A stretch of DNA of 64,000 nt, taken from positions 15,432-79,431 of the IMG/VR virus record IMGVR_UViG_3300009705_003007. The stretch is one strand, 5' to 3'. This DNA is from a virus. Within the stretch, counting starts at the first letter, position 1. Every line of letters begins with the position of its first letter. Below are positions 1 through 10,865 of the stretch, piece after piece. Both the position numbers and the translations under genes were made by a program. The notes beneath the pieces were generated by a model, which had not been told where the DNA came from, did not search any database, and was given only the letters and a program-made list of their open reading frames with translations.

Positions 1-2406
1 GGGCAATATAACAGAACCTTTATAGACAATTTTGACAAAGCTTGGATGCCGTTAGAAGGTAGCGGTATAAGCGGAGGTTATCCTTCAGTCACAGTAACCA
101 CAAACACTTCCGCTCAGGGTGTAGAAGACGGTGGCTATGCAGCCAACTGTAGCGATAATGATTGTGTCTGGCAATGGGACGGAGCTGCATGGGGCTTATA
201 TGCTGACATGTGTATTTCAGGATGTGGGTGTGACGATCCCCCTAGCGGAACTGGCACGATGGGAGAAATTCAGTCTAAACCTTGCATAGGAGGAGGAGGA
301 AGCGCATCATCTTCTAGTTCTCAAGGAGTGGGAGACAACGTAGGTTTTGCAAGGTGGGAAAAAGCCGGATCGCTAATAAACCAAGTAGGAAGAGAAGCCA
401 TACAGCAAAGAAGCTTATTCCTGTCTGACCGATCCTTTGTCAATGCCGGAAGTGGTGTTGATTTATCTGACAGTACAGGATATTCAATATACGCTAAGGT
501 TCTACCTAGTGGTAACGTTACCGGAACAGTAATAATTGGTCAACATAAAGAAAATCCAGCACAATTTGTTCTTGGGTGTGATTACGACGGATCGTATTAT
601 ATTAGATCAGACCATGATGTTTCTGGGGTAAACACTCCTGTATACGCAAAGACAACAAAAAGTTTTGAGGATTACCCATACCCAGCTCACGTAATTGGAG
701 TGTACGCCTCTGGAGATGCAAAACTTAAAATATATGTTAATGGAAACCAAGAAGGAGAATCGGTTCCATTTATTAGGAATAAACAAAGAGCCGCAAACAC
801 AAATGTAACTATAGGCAAAAGAGAATTTGCTATTGCAGAAAGAGGGTTTACCGGATGGATTGACGAAGCGGGAGTTTCTTCAAAAAGTCTAGACAAACCA
901 GATATCAAAGCTTTCCACGACGGAACCTTTAATATAACAGACCTTATTTTTAATGCAAAAGTTACCCCAACCGGCGACAGTGGCTTGTCTGGAACTTCTT
1001 TTGGTGACACCGGCATAGACGCTCTAAATAATAACTATGTGGAATTTGTTGTAGATTCCGGAGTGGTTGGAAGATTAAATCCTGATGGAACAAAGGGTGG
1101 AGCATTTGATACAGAACTGTGGGGTCAAGCTGACCATGCAATATCTTCTGTCTTAACTTTTGATTTAACAGAAATGCCCACGAGATTTCACCAGTTAACA
1201 GGCATGTCTGTTGATTTATGGGTAGAGCATTCAACTAATCACCCAAGTGGTGCAGACCTTTCAGTAAGAGTCGCCCATAAAGATAAAACAATAACCGGCA
1301 AAAATCTCCATTGGTATCCTTCTGGTGTATCTGTTCCGTCTGGTTCTAAAAGACTTGTATCAATTACACATCCGTTAGAACATGAGGCTTATTACAGAGA
1401 TGGAGAACCATCTTTTCGAAATGATTTTGATGATCATCAATTAGAACTTATTGTTAAATATCCAAAATCTACTTTGCCGTATGATGCCGAATTTAAGATT
1501 TATTCAAGTAAGCTAAGTTTTAGCGGCTTTGATACTTTGGCTAAATACAACACCATGACCGGGTTAACGGAAGCTTCAATAATAAAAGGTCATTCGATAA
1601 CAGACATTGATGGAAACGTGGTTTCTCAAGTTACTGGCGACAGAAGCTTGACAATGTATTCTTTTGGTGATTCACCAACCTTATCAAGCGGCATAATGAA
1701 TATGTTTGTTGGTGTTGGAACTGTTGACCAAGCCCTTAATCTTACATTAAACCATGATCCTCAGACAGACATGGGGGATACAGCTAGTGGATACTTGTTC
1801 GCTAATGGGGCTGTAGCAATGAGCGGTCAGCGAATGAATCTTTATACAACCGCTGGTGTGTTTAGTTCTACAATGCCTTTATTTGTAAAACAAAGAAGCT
1901 TTAAGCGGTTCACTTCACCATCGCTTCGTTTAGAGATTGAGGGTACAGAATTATCATTCCCAAGGTCGCAGAAGAAGATACCATTATATTTATTGGGTAG
2001 TCCGGGTTTTGGTGTTCCTTCAGGGGATATGGTATTGGTTATGCCTAACACACACGCACCATTGCAATTTGCAAATAGGCTTTTGTATATTGGCGGTAAA
2101 CAACCTCTTGGTGATATACCTTTATATTTGGAAGTTGCTGAACCTAAAATTAATACAACAAGATTATTTACAAGAGGGCCGTTAGCTTATACCCCAAGTG
2201 GAATAATGGGTATGTTTGTGAAGCAAAAAGACTTTTATGGCGTATCATATATAAAGGCTCTACCAACTATCGTTGGCACAGGCAATATGCCATTGTTTAT
2301 GAAGGGGCTTGCTGCTCCAACTGGAGCAATGAACTTTGCGATGCCGAATGTTATAGGATCTGGAACTAAAACATTTAATTTATCAACGAGAGGCTTTGAA
2401 GTATAA
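1..2406 (+). CDS. Putative virion protein (5'-truncated): Cys-rich module, LamG/concanavalin A-like domain, C-terminal short beta repeats
   Basis: Frame is open from base 1 (GQYNRTF...WMP), so the gene starts upstream of the window. LamG-like motifs: YSIYAKV...HVIGVY...LKIYVNG...VTIGK...FTGWIDE. C-terminal h-x-L-[FY]-h-x-G repeats. Confidence 0.65.
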   Translation, partial: GQYNRTFIDNFDKAWMPLEGSGISGGYPSVTVTTNTSAQGVEDGGYAANCSDNDCVWQWDGAAWGLYADMCISGCGCDDPPSGTGTMGEIQSKPCIGGGGSASSSSSQGVGDNVGFARWEKAGSLINQVGREAIQQRSLFLSDRSFVNAGSGVDLSDSTGYSIYAKVLPSGNVTGTVIIGQHKENPAQFVLGCDYDGSYYIRSDHDVSGVNTPVYAKTTKSFEDYPYPAHVIGVYASGDAKLKIYVNGNQEGESVPFIRNKQRAANTNVTIGKREFAIAERGFTGWIDEAGVSSKSLDKPDIKAFHDGTFNITDLIFNAKVTPTGDSGLSGTSFGDTGIDALNNNYVEFVVDSGVVGRLNPDGTKGGAFDTELWGQADHAISSVLTFDLTEMPTRFHQLTGMSVDLWVEHSTNHPSGADLSVRVAHKDKTITGKNLHWYPSGVSVPSGSKRLVSITHPLEHEAYYRDGEPSFRNDFDDHQLELIVKYPKSTLPYDAEFKIYSSKLSFSGFDTLAKYNTMTGLTEASIIKGHSITDIDGNVVSQVTGDRSLTMYSFGDSPTLSSGIMNMFVGVGTVDQALNLTLNHDPQTDMGDTASGYLFANGAVAMSGQRMNLYTTAGVFSSTMPLFVKQRSFKRFTSPSLRLEIEGTELSFPRSQKKIPLYLLGSPGFGVPSGDMVLVMPNTHAPLQFANRLLYIGGKQPLGDIPLYLEVAEPKINTTRLFTRGPLAYTPSGIMGMFVKQKDFYGVSYIKALPTIVGTGNMPLFMKGLAAPTGAMNFAMPNVIGSGTKTFNLSTRGFEV

Positions 2407-4775
2407 TGCCAGTATATCTAAGCGGAAAAGTAGCAGGCGAAAGAAACCATTTGATTCCAGCCCCATTCGTAAGTATTTCAAAAAATTACGATAAGGACGG
2501 AACTGGTGAAATACTTGGAGTTTCATATAGTATACAGCTTACCGGCACGTTGGTTGCCGATAGGGGTTCTCCTAAAGCTAACGGTGGGCTTATTCAGGGT
2601 GCTGGTGTTGATGTTTATTATGCCTTTACTGGGGATGATTTCCATCAGGCTTTATTAAACAAGGGCAAAGCCCTAATGAACATGTTTAGTAAACAATACG
2701 ATGGTCAGGTTCTGACAATTGATTCTCCTATGTTTGGGAATCCTCAAGGTATATCTTGCTATATAACTGTAGAGAGTGTTGATTTGCCGGGACACAACCC
2801 CGGAGACCCGTACAAAATGCCGTATACAGTTAATCTTTCAACAAACGCCCTACTTGGCCCTAATAATGTTCCACTTGATGCTGACGACTATGAGCGGGTT
2901 GATAATTGGACGATCAAGTCTGCTACTGAGACATGGAATATAGAAGAGGTTGATAAACAAATCTATACTAGACATTCTATAGATGGTGGAGAAGCAGTAA
3001 ATGATGCAGGAATTGTAAAAGGCCCGGGGAATAAAGGTGAATTAGTAAATAGCAGAAAACTATTTCAAATAACAAGAAGCATGTCAGCTACCGGAAAAAA
3101 CAAATTTCAAAGAACTGGAAAAAGTGAAGGAGTTAGCGCTAACGATAACTGGAGTACAGTCTATGCTCCAAATGGTAGAGCTTGGCAACAAGCCAGAGGG
3201 TATCTATATGACAAAATAGAATATGGTAACAAATACCTATTTGGAAAAGATGATAACGAATTTGTCGGCGCTGTGCCAGATGCTGGCTTGCCAGCACCGG
3301 GAGAGGTCGATGCTGATGATATTCATTTGTTCTCAATGAATATGCCCGTTCCAAATAATGAAGCAGACGCTAACAAGCAATACAAAGCTTTTAATTATAA
3401 AAGATTATCAAACGTAGATATAAATGCTGGTAGTTTTAATGTAACGGAAACTTGGTATTTAGCTCCATCTTCCGCCAAAGCTATGGAAACCATGGACTTT
3501 AGCATCAACGAAGAGTCAGAGGGGGATGGTAGTGTAACCATTAGTGTAAACGGCACCATAGAAGGATTGGGTGACAACGCTGATAATCTAGGTGTAGGCA
3601 ACGCCAACAATGATGATAGGGATGTACGGAGAAATGCCGCTCGTGGAGATAGGGTATTTGATTACGAAGGAAACGGCCTTGGCGTGTTCGGCGTTAGTAA
3701 TAGTAAGTGGCAAAATGCAGTTGAGCATTATGAAAAAGTAATGCCAACTTTGTTTAAGACCGTTACCGAAATGTTAAATGACCTTCCAGAATACACTACT
3801 TTTAAGGTCAATCCAGTTCCAGAGTCAAAAAGTGTCACTGAACAACCCGGAACTGGAACCATTACGTATAACATATCCTTTACAACTAAGGATGGAGCTA
3901 ATGGTAAGTATATACCTTATTGTCGAACTGAAGACTGGACTGTAAACGACACTTATCCCGGTATGGTTATAGCTCAACACACTGTTCTAGGTAGAAGAGT
4001 TGGCCCCGTATTACAATCTATTAATACACAAACGCAATGGCAGAGAGATTTTTCTATCACCGCTAACTTTGATGTTAATAGAGCGCAGCTATGTGTAGAT
4101 GCTTCTAATCAAATAAGAGATGTTGGGAATCAAGCAACATGTGAAGCAACGTTGGATAGTTTTGGACTGCTTATGAAATGGATACAAAATCCCAATTATG
4201 TAAACACCAGAACGTCTTTGACGATTGATGATTATTCAATAGATTTTATTAGCGCAAAACCGGGGGCTGCTAGAATAGGAACTAATTTGGGTGTTTGTAC
4301 TCCTGAAACTGATCCAGTCACCGCTGCAACTATAACATCGCAAGCTGAATGTCAAGCATTGACTCCTGCGGGAAGTTGGAATCCAAATGGTAACCCAGTT
4401 GGAGCCGCCACGGGGACGGGACTTATACAAGCGCAAGCAATTAAGAAACTAATTGATTCGTTTGATCCAAAAACTTATCTCATAACTGGGGCAAACAACC
4501 CAAAAAGAGTACATAAAAGGTTTGTAAATCCACCGCAAGAAAGCTGGAATCCAAAAACTGGAGACTGGAGCTTTAGCGTAAGTTGGATTTACGAAATAAA
4601 CGACCCTTACGCGTTTCCATCCGGCGATTATGTATTCGCTGATGTTGATGGAACTTATGGAACATGTAGTGATGCATCTATTGCAACCAAGGCGGAGTGT
4701 GTAGCAGCAGGTGGATCTTGGGAAAGCAAGCAAGATGACGGACAAGGCGAACCATATCCGGGGCAGGAATTCTAA
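2406..4775 (+). CDS. Putative tail/baseplate structural protein, 789 aa
   Basis: Stop/start overlaps with both neighbours. Beta-rich with repeated E-x-W/F strand patterns. Two C-x-C-x-GxW modules near the C-terminus. Function inferred from context only. Confidence 0.5.
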   Translation: MPVYLSGKVAGERNHLIPAPFVSISKNYDKDGTGEILGVSYSIQLTGTLVADRGSPKANGGLIQGAGVDVYYAFTGDDFHQALLNKGKALMNMFSKQYDGQVLTIDSPMFGNPQGISCYITVESVDLPGHNPGDPYKMPYTVNLSTNALLGPNNVPLDADDYERVDNWTIKSATETWNIEEVDKQIYTRHSIDGGEAVNDAGIVKGPGNKGELVNSRKLFQITRSMSATGKNKFQRTGKSEGVSANDNWSTVYAPNGRAWQQARGYLYDKIEYGNKYLFGKDDNEFVGAVPDAGLPAPGEVDADDIHLFSMNMPVPNNEADANKQYKAFNYKRLSNVDINAGSFNVTETWYLAPSSAKAMETMDFSINEESEGDGSVTISVNGTIEGLGDNADNLGVGNANNDDRDVRRNAARGDRVFDYEGNGLGVFGVSNSKWQNAVEHYEKVMPTLFKTVTEMLNDLPEYTTFKVNPVPESKSVTEQPGTGTITYNISFTTKDGANGKYIPYCRTEDWTVNDTYPGMVIAQHTVLGRRVGPVLQSINTQTQWQRDFSITANFDVNRAQLCVDASNQIRDVGNQATCEATLDSFGLLMKWIQNPNYVNTRTSLTIDDYSIDFISAKPGAARIGTNLGVCTPETDPVTAATITSQAECQALTPAGSWNPNGNPVGAATGTGLIQAQAIKKLIDSFDPKTYLITGANNPKRVHKRFVNPPQESWNPKTGDWSFSVSWIYEINDPYAFPSGDYVFADVDGTYGTCSDASIATKAECVAAGGSWESKQDDGQGEPYPGQEF

Positions 4776-7700
4776 TGAGCAGTCATGACACAGCATTTAA
4801 ATGTAGTAAAGACCCAAAAACGAATGACACTAAATCAAAGTGTACAGACGCTGGAGGTAATTGGGATTCGTATAACTCAACATCAAGCGATTATACCACA
4901 TTAGAATTGGGTATTTTTCAGCAAAGCTTTTTAGGCCTGTCCATTATGGACTGGAGTTCAAATCTAGGGTTTAACGGAAATGGATCAAGTTTAACCGTAA
5001 ACTTAGTTAGAGATGAATTTAATACACGGTCGTTCTTAACACCCTCTGGAACTAGAGATGCTATAACGGAAGGTTATCATAGCTGGAACCCAGACGCTTT
5101 CCCAAAAGACATGTTAACTAAATACGGCATTGACACCTCGCCTGATGCTGAGCCGGGGAATTCCGAAGACGGAATGGGGCTTATATATTCGCAGTTTGGA
5201 GATATAGCTCACATGCCAGATCCGGGAGAGCCTGTTTTCTTCCATTATTATAACGGCGCGGATTTGAATTCAACTTGTGTTCTTGAGAGAAATTGTAACA
5301 AAGCGTTTTCATTTCCGGGAATATTAACCAAATACGAAAAGAGGTTTTCTACATCTGGATTAACCTATTCCGTAAACATAGCAGACCCCCGAACCATCTT
5401 GGAAAACACCATAGTTATCTTAAATGGGTATGCGTCTAGGGTTTCACCCAGTGATTACTATACGGTAGCAGATAGTCTACGAACATACGAAGATGGATGG
5501 AATGGATATTACAACATATTAAATGTCTATGGGTATTACGAACATCACGGCTTTAATAAATCCGATAGAACAGAAGCTGGAATGATTTGGCTTAGTCCAG
5601 ACAAAATATTTAATACAGATTGGGAATCCGAAAAATGTATGAAAAATGGCGCAGAACACGTAGTCACTGGAGCTGACTGCGCTGCGGATGGTGGCACCAT
5701 TGAGAGCAATGGAGGTCAGCATATGTTTGGTATACTTCCGGCCTTGATGGAAATGACAGGCGGCACAATTACAAGCTACCAAAATGATCAAGAGCCTTTT
5801 GGTGGCCCAATGACCTATTCTGTAGATAGTAGACACTTAGCTGAAAAAGCGCCTTTTGCAGAGATATACGGAGAGGATGGATATGGTAGTAACCCTTACC
5901 GTTCTACACACAGGTATCTATTAGATCTAGGAGACTTCCTTAGTCTAAGTCCTTATGATCCAGAATGGGGAGTAGTAGAAGACTTAAATGGAACAGAAGG
6001 GTTTATACCAACGGATTATCGAGTTGCCGGAGACTCAATGTCTCTCCTTCAATTAATACAACAGGTTTGTGAAGTTGCGGCTTCTGATTTTTACGTAACT
6101 CTAGAACCAATAACGAAAAAACTAATTGAAAGAAATTATGTTTTACCGCAAGACTACGAAGCAATAAAAAATTATTCGGGCGTTATTAGAGTTGTTGTAG
6201 TTGCTAGAAACTCAACCATAACCAAAGATGCTTTGAGCGACGCTGTAGACCTGTCTCAAAAATTACCACCAGAAGGCCCATTTGTAGACGTGGAAAATAA
6301 TCCCACACTTGTTAGTTCAACTCTTGGGTATGAGTTTACTGATCCAGTAGAAGGTAAGATTTTATTGGGTGGGCCAAGAACAAGGGTTGTGGGCGTCACA
6401 CCTATTGGAGATAGAAGACTTAGAAAAGAGCTATTCTATAACGACACATCACGCAAGTATTTAGATATGTCATCAAGAGCCTACAAATGTATGGATGATA
6501 ATGACGTAGAAGTGCCGGGGATGGTAGATGATACGGCGTGTTTGAACGAAGATGCAACAAACACATGGGAAGAAGTTGACACAACAGAACAAAGTCCAGC
6601 ACCAGTAGAGGGAACAGACTCTATATTAACAGAGTATTTACCGAATGTAGAATTGGATGGAGTTACCCTTACTCGTCAAGACATACCAGAAGACACTTTT
6701 TTAGATGGAACGACTTTTGGTTGGAACCCTTATGGAAAAGTTGGAGTAACTGACAAAGACCTTTTTCCAGATTTTGCACAAAACCTTCCTCCTGTTAGTA
6801 ACGATAATTACATTCCTTGGTATTGGCCTCAAGACTATTCTGGCGACAAAAACGAAGAAGCAGACCCTTTCCAGTTTAATAGAGTTAATTCTTTGGAGCA
6901 ATCAAATGCTGGGGATTGCGTTTTTTCTGGCAATACTCCAGAAAATTTTTATTGCAAAGCGGTGGATGACGCTAACCAAGGCAGTCCAACAGAAGCGGAA
7001 TGTGTAGCAGCTTCGTCAGATAACGTCTGGACAACAGCTCCCAGTAGCGAAGACGGTTGTGACGGAGCTGAAGGAGGCTGGACTGCTAAACAAGAATCGC
7101 TCAGTTCTGGTTATTTAGACATATTCCCATGCTGGGGATATATTGAATATGAACACACAGAAGGTGGCGCGTATAAGAATTTGCATGGAAGCTGTATAAA
7201 AACAGGAGAAGCTGGAGATGTTGGGGTTGAGGCAGCAGACAAGGAGGCTTGTGAAGCATTAGGTTTTGATCATAAATGGGTTCCTGATCCTCCATCAGCC
7301 ATTCAAGCAACCGATCCGCTTCTTGACATAGTAGATAATACTGTTCAGGGTAAACCAATTAAAGGTTTTACTTGGGATGATGATCCCTACAGAGACTTTA
7401 ATCCAGTAGAAGGTATTTTCAGTGGAATAGAATGGTGGAATCCGAGTATTGGAAACTGCGAAGACAAGTCTGGTGCTTTAGTGACAAAATGGGAGAATAT
7501 GCCCAACATATGTGAATGTAATCCAGATAAGTCGGAGGCAGACTCAGACTGTGTGACAATAAGGGGTGGTGATAAAGGATTATATATATTCAGACCTCAT
7601 TGCGTACCTTGGAGCGCCTGTCGTGGTAAAACAGGAGAGGATATATTAGACACCACCGGTGGTCTTGCTGGGTCAGGAAACAGTGTAGCTTCAACGTCTT

Positions 7701-10700
7701 ATGGGTGTGAGTTTGGATGTTTTGATCTTAAAGTGGACAGCAACGGTGATCCATTGGATCCAGAAGAACCAGCATCTTCTAATTCTAGATTAGTAGCCTA
7801 TTATACAAAAGAGTTTACAGGAACAGGATCCACGCCTCGTACTTATAAAAAAGGAGAGAGCGCTAACAAAGATCATGATAAGTGGGCGTCAAACCTAAAA
7901 AACGGAACTGTTCAACTAGTGGCAAGCGCAGACGACTGTGTGAAAAGTGGAACATTCTTAGATCCTCCAGTAAACAGGGGTTCTTTTAGAACTTCTTCGA
8001 GTGGCGGAATCGCGGAGTCTGCTACGTGTGACATTAATGCTGCGGATAACCCCAGTCAAACGAAATGTGAACAATCACAATGTGAAGGAGATAGAGGTAA
8101 AACAAACGCTGAATGTACCGCAGCAGGCAAAACTTGGAAAAAGGGAAAATGGAAAGAAGGAGATGAAAATGATTATGAGAGTGGTGGCGGTCTTTATTCA
8201 CAGGAATGTACAGCTCTTAGTTTTAGAGAAGACTGGATGCATGGTTGTTATTCTACGACAGAGATTACGGGAGATATCCCGTATCCTGCTAACAGTCTAA
8301 CTGATGCAGTATCACCCAAAGACTGTAGAATCAAATACCCTACAGCAAAATGGAGAAACATAAAAGAAAACGAATACCCACCTCAAGGGCTTACAGACCC
8401 ATTCACGGGTTTAGTATTAGAAAAAGAAGATATTCCAGTGCCGGGATATGTAAAGACAAGACAAAGACTAAAAGGTGAATGTCACATGTTCTCAGAAACC
8501 GAGAACGAGGAGACTGGCTCAATAGACTCGGAAGACGAAGGCTTACCAGAGAATCCAACCAATGACCCAAGAGAATGTATGGCACAAAGTACCGCAGCCA
8601 CTGAGGATAACCTCGAAGCAAATGGCAAAATGGTCTATGGGCCTATAGACCTTAATACTGGAATAGGTCTACCTCTAAAATGTAGAACCTCAACCATTCC
8701 TATAGATTTAGGACAAGTTGATTATTATGGTGGCCCCAAGCCAGAACATAATGATCCCGGTGGTCAATTCCAAGATTTTCATTACGCGACAGTAACAGAA
8801 TTGAGACATGCCGCAACTAGTAAAGAATCTTGGCTGATCTTTATGAAAGAACTTCAGCCATATTTACCCTGTCATATGTATCATCAAGACCCACAGCAGT
8901 CAAACGCTTGGGGTGATCATTGTCCAGCCAAAGATAATATTGTTATGAAAGGTGGTATGAGCGGATCTTATGTAGACGCAGCAAATGCTTTAACTGGGTT
9001 TGAATCAAGAGGTGTTTCTGTACCTGAAACTAATCCTTCTCCCGCGAAAGCAAAAACGGTAACGGGTGAACCATGTGGAGATGAAGCCCAAAGCGCCCTG
9101 ATGACAAACTACGAAAAAACAAGCATGATGATAGATCTCGCTTTTAAAAAGGTTGCACATGTAGCCACGCAGTTCTACGGAAGGAAGTATTTGGTTCCGC
9201 TTCCTTATAATCCACCATCAACCATAACGTGTACAAACCCAAGCCATAAAGACAAAGAAGCGTGTGAAAATCTAGGATTTGATTGGGGCGCACATGGCTT
9301 ACAAAGCGAATGGTTCCACAAAATGGGCGTTGGGAGATGTGCAAACGGAACAAGTCCCGATAAATATCATTGCCAAATAGTTTCAGGGGATATATGGATT
9401 GAACCCATTCAAGAAATTAACAGATGGGAAATTGCAACTTCCGCATGGCCCGGAGGAGATATAGAATTTAACTTTGGTAGCGCAGAAGGAAAAGCTATTA
9501 ATACTGGCTATCCACAAAATATGAACTTTTGGACTGATGACGGGAATTTAAAATCCTTTGTTATATTCCCAGAAAAAGAATGGCAAAGATTCTCTGGAAA
9601 TTCTGTGCCTGTAAGTTTTGCCTCTTTTGATGCAGAAACTTTTTACAAAACTCCATTTAACGCTGGCCCTCATGATAATTGGGGTGGCAAGGTGTATGTT
9701 CCTACGCAAGTAGACCCAAAAACACACTGGTTAACAGATAGACCTGACTGGGAGGTTCATCATGAACTTCAGTATAAAAAATATTTAGCTGGTAGCCCAA
9801 TGGAGCTTCCTAAAGGTGGTGAAACCGCCGCCCAGCTGAAAAGTTTAGCAACGTTAGCCGTAGTTGGATGCGAACCAACAGAGGAGATTTGTTCTAAGAC
9901 TAAACCAGATGGTACTGCCTGTACAGACCAATCGTCATGCGAAGATGACACTAATGGGTGTGGTGGTAGTTGGCACCTTCCCACAGACACATCAAGAATA
10001 TTAAAAGAAAGACCAGTTATAACAAAGGGAACAACTGGAGTATTTCCTCAAGAAAACATTACTGATTACGCTGCATATAAACCATACGCAATGGTAACAC
10101 TTCCGGCAACCGCTATTTATTCACACACGGATGAGTCTAAAAAATTACACGACTCTGTAGGTGGAGAGAAGAATCACATGTGTGTGCCTTTATTAAAAGC
10201 TAAAAATTCAAATAGCTTATTACAGGCATGGTTAATGGGTTGGGATCCTTTAAGTATAGCAAGACAAAATGTTGTAGCTTGGGGTGCTAGAATAATGGCT
10301 AATAGTAGTGTTGGGCCTGACATGAAGAAGGGGTCTTTTGCGGGAGCCGCCTATAAACCTTGGCATGCAGCAGTTCCTCAACAAAGCAGACATTATAGAT
10401 GGGGAGCTTGGGCCGCAGGTTGGGATTTTGGAAAACCCGACTTCCAAATAGATGAAGCATTACACCCAGCCGCTTTTGGAGGGGAAAAAGGAATGAATAA
10501 AGCTGCTATGGCGAGAATAAAATCTACAATTGGTAAAGCTCAAAATAGAACTCAAGAAACCGGTAGTATTCAATTAACTGGAATACCAGCATACGCTTTT
10601 GGTACACAGTTAGTATACGACAACGCTGCTGGCGAAACAGTAAAAGGGCCATTTATTACAGATGTTAGTGTCCAGATAGGATCCGGAGGTTTAACAACAA

Positions 10701-10855
10701 CCTACAACTTTACTACAAACAGAAAATTTGGAGATTTAACAAAAACATACGAAGATAGAATCAGAAAGAGTCAACGAGACCTTCTTGCTAATCTTGCGAG
10801 AACAGAAGAATCAATCAGAAGAACAAAACGAGGAATAGACCAATATCAAAAATAG
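4775..10855 (+). CDS. Giant Cys-rich putative tail hub/tip protein, 2026 aa
   Basis: N-terminal (FLGLSIMDWSSNLG...LTVNLV) and C-terminal (ETGSIQLTG...ITDVSVQIGSGGLTTTYNF) beta segments resemble phage tail-hub proteins. Many Cys/Trp inserts. No signal peptide. Confidence 0.5.
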   Translation: MSSHDTAFKCSKDPKTNDTKSKCTDAGGNWDSYNSTSSDYTTLELGIFQQSFLGLSIMDWSSNLGFNGNGSSLTVNLVRDEFNTRSFLTPSGTRDAITEGYHSWNPDAFPKDMLTKYGIDTSPDAEPGNSEDGMGLIYSQFGDIAHMPDPGEPVFFHYYNGADLNSTCVLERNCNKAFSFPGILTKYEKRFSTSGLTYSVNIADPRTILENTIVILNGYASRVSPSDYYTVADSLRTYEDGWNGYYNILNVYGYYEHHGFNKSDRTEAGMIWLSPDKIFNTDWESEKCMKNGAEHVVTGADCAADGGTIESNGGQHMFGILPALMEMTGGTITSYQNDQEPFGGPMTYSVDSRHLAEKAPFAEIYGEDGYGSNPYRSTHRYLLDLGDFLSLSPYDPEWGVVEDLNGTEGFIPTDYRVAGDSMSLLQLIQQVCEVAASDFYVTLEPITKKLIERNYVLPQDYEAIKNYSGVIRVVVVARNSTITKDALSDAVDLSQKLPPEGPFVDVENNPTLVSSTLGYEFTDPVEGKILLGGPRTRVVGVTPIGDRRLRKELFYNDTSRKYLDMSSRAYKCMDDNDVEVPGMVDDTACLNEDATNTWEEVDTTEQSPAPVEGTDSILTEYLPNVELDGVTLTRQDIPEDTFLDGTTFGWNPYGKVGVTDKDLFPDFAQNLPPVSNDNYIPWYWPQDYSGDKNEEADPFQFNRVNSLEQSNAGDCVFSGNTPENFYCKAVDDANQGSPTEAECVAASSDNVWTTAPSSEDGCDGAEGGWTAKQESLSSGYLDIFPCWGYIEYEHTEGGAYKNLHGSCIKTGEAGDVGVEAADKEACEALGFDHKWVPDPPSAIQATDPLLDIVDNTVQGKPIKGFTWDDDPYRDFNPVEGIFSGIEWWNPSIGNCEDKSGALVTKWENMPNICECNPDKSEADSDCVTIRGGDKGLYIFRPHCVPWSACRGKTGEDILDTTGGLAGSGNSVASTSYGCEFGCFDLKVDSNGDPLDPEEPASSNSRLVAYYTKEFTGTGSTPRTYKKGESANKDHDKWASNLKNGTVQLVASADDCVKSGTFLDPPVNRGSFRTSSSGGIAESATCDINAADNPSQTKCEQSQCEGDRGKTNAECTAAGKTWKKGKWKEGDENDYESGGGLYSQECTALSFREDWMHGCYSTTEITGDIPYPANSLTDAVSPKDCRIKYPTAKWRNIKENEYPPQGLTDPFTGLVLEKEDIPVPGYVKTRQRLKGECHMFSETENEETGSIDSEDEGLPENPTNDPRECMAQSTAATEDNLEANGKMVYGPIDLNTGIGLPLKCRTSTIPIDLGQVDYYGGPKPEHNDPGGQFQDFHYATVTELRHAATSKESWLIFMKELQPYLPCHMYHQDPQQSNAWGDHCPAKDNIVMKGGMSGSYVDAANALTGFESRGVSVPETNPSPAKAKTVTGEPCGDEAQSALMTNYEKTSMMIDLAFKKVAHVATQFYGRKYLVPLPYNPPSTITCTNPSHKDKEACENLGFDWGAHGLQSEWFHKMGVGRCANGTSPDKYHCQIVSGDIWIEPIQEINRWEIATSAWPGGDIEFNFGSAEGKAINTGYPQNMNFWTDDGNLKSFVIFPEKEWQRFSGNSVPVSFASFDAETFYKTPFNAGPHDNWGGKVYVPTQVDPKTHWLTDRPDWEVHHELQYKKYLAGSPMELPKGGETAAQLKSLATLAVVGCEPTEEICSKTKPDGTACTDQSSCEDDTNGCGGSWHLPTDTSRILKERPVITKGTTGVFPQENITDYAAYKPYAMVTLPATAIYSHTDESKKLHDSVGGEKNHMCVPLLKAKNSNSLLQAWLMGWDPLSIARQNVVAWGARIMANSSVGPDMKKGSFAGAAYKPWHAAVPQQSRHYRWGAWAAGWDFGKPDFQIDEALHPAAFGGEKGMNKAAMARIKSTIGKAQNRTQETGSIQLTGIPAYAFGTQLVYDNAAGETVKGPFITDVSVQIGSGGLTTTYNFTTNRKFGDLTKTYEDRIRKSQRDLLANLARTEESIRRTKRGIDQYQK

Positions 10856-10865
10856 GTAAACAATA

